From: an uncultured Alphaproteobacteria bacterium
Lineage (GTDB): Bacteria; Pseudomonadota; Alphaproteobacteria; Rhizobiales; Beijerinckiaceae
Direction of reading: 5' to 3'
Length of the DNA: 64,000 bases
NCBI GenBank assembly: GCA_963718265.1
Contig: CAVQZL010000021.1
Location: 58,191-122,190 of the forward strand
Shown: in pieces, positions 58,406 to 64,000 of the stretch
Layout: each line of letters opens with the position of its first letter
Position numbering within the stretch: position 1 is the stretch's first letter
Position numbers and translations under genes: made by a program
Notes under the pieces: generated by a model
The model's database searches: none
The model's input: the letters and a program-made list of their open reading frames with translations, nothing else
Told to the model about the DNA's origin: nothing

Positions 58406-58765
58406 TCACGGCGTGACCACGACCTTTCCTTGCATTTGCGGATGAAGGCCGCAAGAATAGCGGTAGGTCCCGGCTTTTTCGAAGGGGAACGAAAAACTGT
58501 CGTCCGTATCGAGCGCCTTGGAATGGAACTCGCCCTTGCTGCCGACGACGCTGTGGGGAATGTCGTCGCGATTGCGGAAGACGATAGTCGTCCCCGCTTT
58601 CACGGTGAGCTCCTTTGGCGTGAAGGCGAAATTGTCGATATTCACCTCCATGTCCGCCGCGTGAACGGGCAGTGACGAAACGGCGCCGAGAGTGACGGCG
58701 ATAATAAACGCGCGGCAATTCCCGCGCCACCCGCAGTCATGGCGCCTCATGCTAAACGTTCCCAT
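58406..58765 (-). CDS. Amicyanin/plastocyanin-like cupredoxin
   Basis: Signal peptide, IDNFAFTP, NRDDIPH, YSCGLHPQM.G (type 1 Cu ligands H, C, H, M). Confidence 0.9.
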   Translation of the reverse strand: MGTFSMRRHDCGWRGNCRAFIIAVTLGAVSSLPVHAADMEVNIDNFAFTPKELTVKAGTTIVFRNRDDIPHSVVGSKGEFHSKALDTDDSFSFPFEKAGTYRYSCGLHPQMQGKVVVTP

Positions 58766-58791
58766 GTTATGTTCCTTTGAGTTCGGTTGTT

Positions 58792-59739
58792 TCAACTTCC
58801 GGAAAGCGGCGTAACGGTGATCGCGAGGCGTTGTTTTCCGCGCCGGACCTCGACGCTCGTTAGTCCCAGCAATCCGCGCAGCTTTTCGGCCGGCGCCAGC
58901 ATCGGTCCGGGCGAAGCGGCGGTTCCGGGCGCGGGCTGCGGGAAGGCAGTCGACATCGCGGTATGGAAGGTGACGTTGCCCTCCACTTTCTGCATCAATT
59001 GATGGATATGGCCATTGAGCACGGTGACCGAGCCGAACCGCTTCAGCAAGGCGAGGGCATGCGCCGAATCCTCCGTGCCCCAGCCCCAATCCTCATAGAC
59101 CACCCACAGCGGAATATGCGCGAAGACGACGATCGGCGTTGAGGCCACCTTGCCCTTGAGGTCGGCCGCAAGCCAAGCCAATTGCTCATCGCCGAGCGAG
59201 CCCATGCCGCCCGCTTTGAGATTGGCGACGTTGACAAGGCCGATGAAGTGCACGCCGCCTTGATCGAAGGCAAACCAGCCGGTGCCACTCGTGTTCTTGC
59301 CATGGCGTTCGAGATAGGCTTGGCCATTGTTCTCGTCGATCATATCGTGCTCGCCCGGCACGTAATGAACATCGAGCTTGGCTTCGCCGATGGCTCTTTC
59401 CGCATCGTCGAATTGCCCGGGCTTCGAAAGATGCGTGATGTCGCCGGTGTGGATCATGAAGGCGGGCTTGACGGACAGGCCGTTCACCTTGTCGATCGCT
59501 TCCTTCAAGGTCCCAAGCGCATCGGGATTGGCCGGCTTATTGAAACCGACATGGCTGTCCGAAATCTGCAGGAAGCTGAAGCCGGTGGCCGCCTTTGCGG
59601 CCGCTTGCACCGTTCCAATGCCGAGGAGTTGCGAGGATTTGGGCACGCCGCCACTGAGCGTCCAGATGACGCCGGTCCCGGCCCAGATCATGCATTCGAG
59701 CGCGCCGCGCCGGTCGATACCTTGCTTGTTGTCTGACAT
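58792..59739 (-). CDS. Tat-type metallophosphoesterase (Icc/CpdA-like)
   Basis: IDRRGAL, QISDSH, HTGD, PGEHD, AHIP, NGHIH. Confidence 0.9.
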   Translation of the reverse strand: MSDNKQGIDRRGALECMIWAGTGVIWTLSGGVPKSSQLLGIGTVQAAAKAATGFSFLQISDSHVGFNKPANPDALGTLKEAIDKVNGLSVKPAFMIHTGDITHLSKPGQFDDAERAIGEAKLDVHYVPGEHDMIDENNGQAYLERHGKNTSGTGWFAFDQGGVHFIGLVNVANLKAGGMGSLGDEQLAWLAADLKGKVASTPIVVFAHIPLWVVYEDWGWGTEDSAHALALLKRFGSVTVLNGHIHQLMQKVEGNVTFHTAMSTAFPQPAPGTAASPGPMLAPAEKLRGLLGLTSVEVRRGKQRLAITVTPLSGS

Positions 59740-59776
59740 GTTTGGTCTCCATCCTTAGCGCCATTGCTAGAAAGGA

Positions 59777-59802
59777 GACTTCGCGGCACGCCAGTTTATT
59801 CC
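59777..59802 (-). promoter_or_regulatory. Possible ECF-sigma promoter
   Basis: GGAAT-N17-AGTC about 40 nt upstream of the metallophosphoesterase start. Confidence 0.35.
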
Positions 59803-59908
59803 CGCCGCCTTGCGAATTTTTCGCGGCCCTCGCCGCTTTGCCCTGGTGCATTTCCGTTGGCGCGCCCACGCCGCAAACTCGGCTGGTTTTGCGCCGCCCA
59901 CTTGAGGT

Positions 59909-60997
59909 CTAGATGGCGTGCGCCTTGCGGCCGCCGCGTTCGATCGATGCGGGGGCTTTGTCGCTTGTGATGAGACGACCCGCGAGATCGAGACAGCGGC
60001 TCGTGAGCATGGCCGCGCCTTCGGCAAGCTCCTTCGACGCGCGGACGATTTCGACATTGCGTTCCATATCCTCGTGCGACCAGCCACGCGAGTGGGCGAT
60101 ATAAGGAAACTGCGGAAAGATGAACCCCAGTTCGGCAAAGAAACCGAGCATCTGGCCCGCGACCGCCTGAATGTTGTCCTGGCCGCCGACGATAATAAAT
60201 CCCGCGACCTTGTTGCGAATGAGAACCTGATTGCGGATCGTAACCGCGTTCTGCACGCAGTTCAGACGCTCGGCCATCTTGAAATAGAGCGATGACGCGG
60301 TTCCCCATCGTATCGGCGACGAGACGATGACCGCGTCGGCCCAATGCACCAAAGCCTCGTAAACTTGGTCCATCTCGTCCTTCGCATCCATCTGGGTGAT
60401 CGAGCATGGCCAGGTGCAGGCGCGCGCGCCCTTAGAGTAGTAGCCCTCGCAGGCACGGAAGTTGAGATCGTTCAGTTTGATCATCTGCGTCTCGGCGCCA
60501 AGTTCGCGGGCAGCTTTCAACGCATGATCAAGCAGATGGTCGGAGCCCGAAAAGCGGGGATTCGTGGCGTCCATCACCGTCGTCGCGATACCAGCAAGGC
60601 GCAAGGGTCCGGCTGCGCGCTCGACCTTGCGCGACAGCGGGTGCGGTTCGTGTGGACTCTTGGCACGCTTGCTGCCGGCGGCAAGGTTGACGAGAACGCG
60701 GCCGCTCTCGACCTTCACCGGGTAGGTCGGAATGCGGTCCTGCTCGAAACCTGGCTCGCCGACGCCGCTGCAGCGGTGGAACTTCCAATTGTGCCAGGGG
60801 CAGACGATATAATCGCCATCGAGCCGGCCCTCGCCAAGTGGGCCGCCGGCGTGGTTACAAATATTCGAAACCGCGCCGTATTGCCCATCCTTGATGGAGA
60901 GCGCAAGCTCGCGGTTCCCTGCCTTGATGTGTCTGAGGGGCGGCCCGGAAAGTTCTTCGCTAGAACCGATGTCGACCCAGTTTTCATCTCCGGCCAT
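59909..60997 (-). CDS. Rieske [2Fe-2S] / flavodoxin-like (NAD(P)H:FMN reductase/ISF-type) fusion
   Basis: CNHAGG..CPWH Rieske motifs; RACEGYYS..CTWPC, ADAVIVSSPIRWG, NKVAG. Confidence 0.85.
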   Translation of the reverse strand: MAGDENWVDIGSSEELSGPPLRHIKAGNRELALSIKDGQYGAVSNICNHAGGPLGEGRLDGDYIVCPWHNWKFHRCSGVGEPGFEQDRIPTYPVKVESGRVLVNLAAGSKRAKSPHEPHPLSRKVERAAGPLRLAGIATTVMDATNPRFSGSDHLLDHALKAARELGAETQMIKLNDLNFRACEGYYSKGARACTWPCSITQMDAKDEMDQVYEALVHWADAVIVSSPIRWGTASSLYFKMAERLNCVQNAVTIRNQVLIRNKVAGFIIVGGQDNIQAVAGQMLGFFAELGFIFPQFPYIAHSRGWSHEDMERNVEIVRASKELAEGAAMLTSRCLDLAGRLITSDKAPASIERGGRKAHAI

Positions 60998-61093
60998 GAC
61001 GTTCCCCTGCTCCCAATTGTTTTCATCGATGCGCAAGCCTATCGTTGCGTCGAAATAATAGCGGAAAAACACGACGGACAGGAGTGCAGCGCT

Positions 61094-61951
61094 ATGGGTG
61101 GATCGGATTGGAGGCCGCTTCGAGACATAGACCGGCGCCGGCTGAGCGCGGCCCGCCGGCAAGCTCATAATGCAGTGCAATGGCTCGCACGCGCGGCGCG
61201 CGCCTATGTTCCATCGCAGCCAGACGACGGCCATACGAATCTCGGTTGGGACGACACCTTCGACAGCTTTACCACCCACCGGTTGAAAAACGGCACGCGT
61301 CTAAGCTTGAAAATTGCCGACCTCACGCTCCTACTGCAGGGCGACGAAGAGACGGCGCGCATCCAATCTTTTTCACTTAACGGGCGCACAAATGCGTTGG
61401 CACGCCAATGGCTGGGCGAGCAACTCGGCGCGAGGGGCCTCGACCCGAATGCGCTCGATGCGTCCTCCCCTTATGAGATGCCCGCGCATGCAATCACCGA
61501 TGGCGCCGCCTATGGCGCGGCGGATTTGACGGATGCCTTGGCCGAGCTTGCCGCCTGGTTCGCCAATGCCGAATTGTCGCTCGTCCGCGTCCAAGGACAA
61601 ATGATTGAGCGCAAATTGGCGGCCTCGGATGTGCGCTGCTGGCCGCACCACTTCGATCTCGCCACTTTGGCTTCGTTTCCGGCGCGGACTGCCGACACCA
61701 CAGGGTATGTTGGGGCCGGGCTTTCCCCCGGAGACGAATATTATGACGAGCCCTACTTTTATGTTTCGGTCTATCCCCGGCCGGATAGCGCGTCGCTGCC
61801 ACCCCTGCCGGCGCTTGGCCATTGGCATACGCACGAGTTCACGGCGGCTATTACGCCTGCGCATCGGATTGTCGCGGCCAACAATCAGAAAGCCACGGCC
61901 GATGAATTTCTCGAGGCCGCGATCGACGTCGCGATCAAAATCTTGAGGTAA
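61094..61951 (+). CDS. Conserved hypothetical protein (DUF5996-like)
   Basis: RCWPHHFDLA, GLSPGDEYYDEPYFYV; GGAG RBS. Confidence 0.6.
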   Translation: MGGSDWRPLRDIDRRRLSAARRQAHNAVQWLARAARAYVPSQPDDGHTNLGWDDTFDSFTTHRLKNGTRLSLKIADLTLLLQGDEETARIQSFSLNGRTNALARQWLGEQLGARGLDPNALDASSPYEMPAHAITDGAAYGAADLTDALAELAAWFANAELSLVRVQGQMIERKLAASDVRCWPHHFDLATLASFPARTADTTGYVGAGLSPGDEYYDEPYFYVSVYPRPDSASLPPLPALGHWHTHEFTAAITPAHRIVAANNQKATADEFLEAAIDVAIKILR

Positions 61952-62154
61952 GGCGAAGGCTTCTCTCTATTCGTCGGGTAGCGGGTCCCACCAAAGAAGT
62001 CTTGCCGCCGCTCCATTTTATTTCCGGTGGCTTCCGAATTTTTCGTAACCATCGCCGTCTCGCGGAGATGCGCCGGCAGGGCTTCGAGAATGTTTCCGCC
62101 GTGGCGGAAAATGCTAAAGACCAATGCGGAAGCTTCCCGACATCCAGGATGCAC

Positions 62155-63960
62155 ATGGCACCTCCACTTTTGCTGTTACAGGATATTGCGCTGACTTTCG
62201 GCGGCACGCCCCTCCTCGAAGCCGCCGGGCTTTCGGTCTCTCCGGGAGAACGATTATGCCTCGTCGGGCGCAATGGTTCGGGCAAATCGACGCTTCTGAA
62301 GATAGCAGCGGGCCTCATCGAGCCGGATAGCGGAACGCGTTTCCTGCAGCCGGGGGCCAACTTGCGCTATCTGCCGCAGGAGCCCGATTTTTCCGGCTAT
62401 GGCACGGCGCTGGCCTACGTCGAGGCGGGCCTTGGTCCAATCCATGATCCGCATCGCCCGACCGCGCTTTTGAACGAATTGGGGCTAAGCGGCGAGGAAG
62501 ATCCGGCACGGCTTTCTGGCGGTGAGGCGAGGCGCGCCGCGCTCGCCCGCGTGCTCGCGCCCGAGCCAGATATTTTGCTTCTCGACGAGCCGACCAATCA
62601 TCTCGATCTGCCGGCGATCGAATGGCTCGAGGCGGAGCTCGAAGCAACGCGATCCGCGCTCGTCATTGTTAGTCACGACCGCAGATTTTTGCAAAATCTT
62701 TCGCGCAGTACGGCCTGGCTCGATCGCGGCCGGACCCGTTCTTTTCCGCGCGGGTTTTCCGAATTCGAGGCTTGGCGCGACCTTGCCCACGAAGAGGAAG
62801 CACGCGCACGGCATAAGCTCGATCGCAAGATCGCCGCCGAGGAACACTGGCTGCGTTATGGCGTTACCGCGCGGCGCAAGCGCAACCAGAAACGCCTTGA
62901 AGGGCTTGCGGCGATGCGTGCCGCGCGCCGCCAACGGGGCGCCTTCACCGGATTGAAGATCGAAGCAAGCGAAGCGGACATTTCCGGCAAACTCGTCATC
63001 GAAGCCAAGGATTTGGCGAAATCTTTTGGCGAGCGCGCGATCGTCAAGAATTTCTCGGTCCGGATCCTGCGCGGCGATCGACTCGGCCTGATCGGCGCCA
63101 ATGGCGCGGGCAAGACGACGCTCGTCAACCTCTTGACTGGCACCTTGGGCCCCGACCGCGGCTCCATCCGGCATGGCGCCAATCTTGAGCTGGCGACGCT
63201 CGACCAGGGCCGCGCGCACCTCGATCCGGAAACGGTACTACAGGACGCGCTCGCCGGCGGCAGCGATTTCGTTGAGATCAACGGCGAGCGCAAGCATGTC
63301 ATCGGCTATATGAAGGATTTTTTATTCGGCCCCGAACAGGCGCGCACACCGATCGGACGTCTCTCGGGAGGCGAACGGGGAAGGCTGATGCTCGCGCGGT
63401 CCTTGGCCCGGCCATCCAATCTCCTCGTCCTCGACGAGCCGACAAATGATCTCGATCTCGAAACTCTCGATCTCTTGCAAGAAATGCTCGCCTCCTACAA
63501 AGGCACCCTGCTCATCGTCAGCCATGATCGCGATTTTCTCGACCGGGTAACGACATCGGTGCTCGTCGCGGAGGGAGGCGGCCGCTGGATCGAATATGCC
63601 GGTGGCTATTCGGACATGGTGGCGCAACGCGGCACCGGGATTGGCGCTGCGCCGGTTTTCTCCGCGCCCTCGGCTAATAAGGACAAGCCCAAAACCGCCG
63701 CCGTTCAAGCGCAACGGGAAAAGCCGCGCCTCACCTTCAAAGAAAGGCATGTGCTTGACAATCTACCGGCGCGTATCGAGGAGCTGCGCGCGCTGAAGGC
63801 AAGACTCCAGTCCCTGCTCGACGATCCTAAGTTTTACGCACGTGAGCCGGCGAAATTTGCGGAAGTTTCGGTGGCATTCGCGAAAACCGCTGCGGCGCTG
63901 GCCGAGGCCGAAGGGGAATGGCTCCGGCTTGAAATCTTGCGCGAGGAGAGTGCGGGGTAG
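62155..63960 (+). CDS. uup: ABC-F family ATPase (Uup-like)
   Basis: Two NBDs (GRNGSGKST, GANGAGKTT, LSGGE, DEPTN), linker TARRKRNQ, C-terminal coiled coil. Confidence 0.9.
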   Translation: MAPPLLLLQDIALTFGGTPLLEAAGLSVSPGERLCLVGRNGSGKSTLLKIAAGLIEPDSGTRFLQPGANLRYLPQEPDFSGYGTALAYVEAGLGPIHDPHRPTALLNELGLSGEEDPARLSGGEARRAALARVLAPEPDILLLDEPTNHLDLPAIEWLEAELEATRSALVIVSHDRRFLQNLSRSTAWLDRGRTRSFPRGFSEFEAWRDLAHEEEARARHKLDRKIAAEEHWLRYGVTARRKRNQKRLEGLAAMRAARRQRGAFTGLKIEASEADISGKLVIEAKDLAKSFGERAIVKNFSVRILRGDRLGLIGANGAGKTTLVNLLTGTLGPDRGSIRHGANLELATLDQGRAHLDPETVLQDALAGGSDFVEINGERKHVIGYMKDFLFGPEQARTPIGRLSGGERGRLMLARSLARPSNLLVLDEPTNDLDLETLDLLQEMLASYKGTLLIVSHDRDFLDRVTTSVLVAEGGGRWIEYAGGYSDMVAQRGTGIGAAPVFSAPSANKDKPKTAAVQAQREKPRLTFKERHVLDNLPARIEELRALKARLQSLLDDPKFYAREPAKFAEVSVAFAKTAAALAEAEGEWLRLEILREESAG

Positions 63961-64000
63961 TACCGCCTTCCTTGGGACCGGCTAGGGCCTGTTGAGATTC

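Noticed and set aside
63983-64000. TAGGGCCTGTTGAGATTC, possible IS5/IS427-type left end
   Set aside because: Cut by the window edge; no partner IR or transposase is visible.

Overview
GC-rich alphaproteobacterial chromosome segment (Hyphomicrobiales; gene content and intergenic repeats suggest Beijerinckiaceae, by inference only). The core backbone is znuA-like/COG0523/WD40, thiOSGE under a TPP riboswitch, aroQ-accB-accC, tRNA-Gly, coaBC-dut-Rrf2, glcB, uvrD, argB-dapD-chorismate mutase-hisC-tyrA, atpHAGDC and an ABC-F gene. An accessory surface-glycan region (about 18.6-34.4 kb and 37.2-42.5 kb) encodes two sulfotransferases, a DegT aminotransferase, an acetyltransferase, glycosyltransferases, Wzx/Wzy-like proteins, four methyltransferases and two IS elements. 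Highlights: (1) a 1,499-bp transposase-less IS1595/ISNha5-type cassette with 26-bp terminal inverted repeats and a perfect 8-bp target duplication; (2) two inverted, partly near-identical copies of a secreted beta-propeller-like gene about 13 kb apart; (3) a secreted S53 protease homologue lacking its catalytic Ser and oxyanion Asp, embedded in the glycan cluster; (4) several gene remnants (adc, folC, DUF2283, IS3). Many single-base frameshifts in essential genes look like uncorrected sequencing indels rather than pseudogenes. All family assignments come from motif recognition by eye, not database searches.
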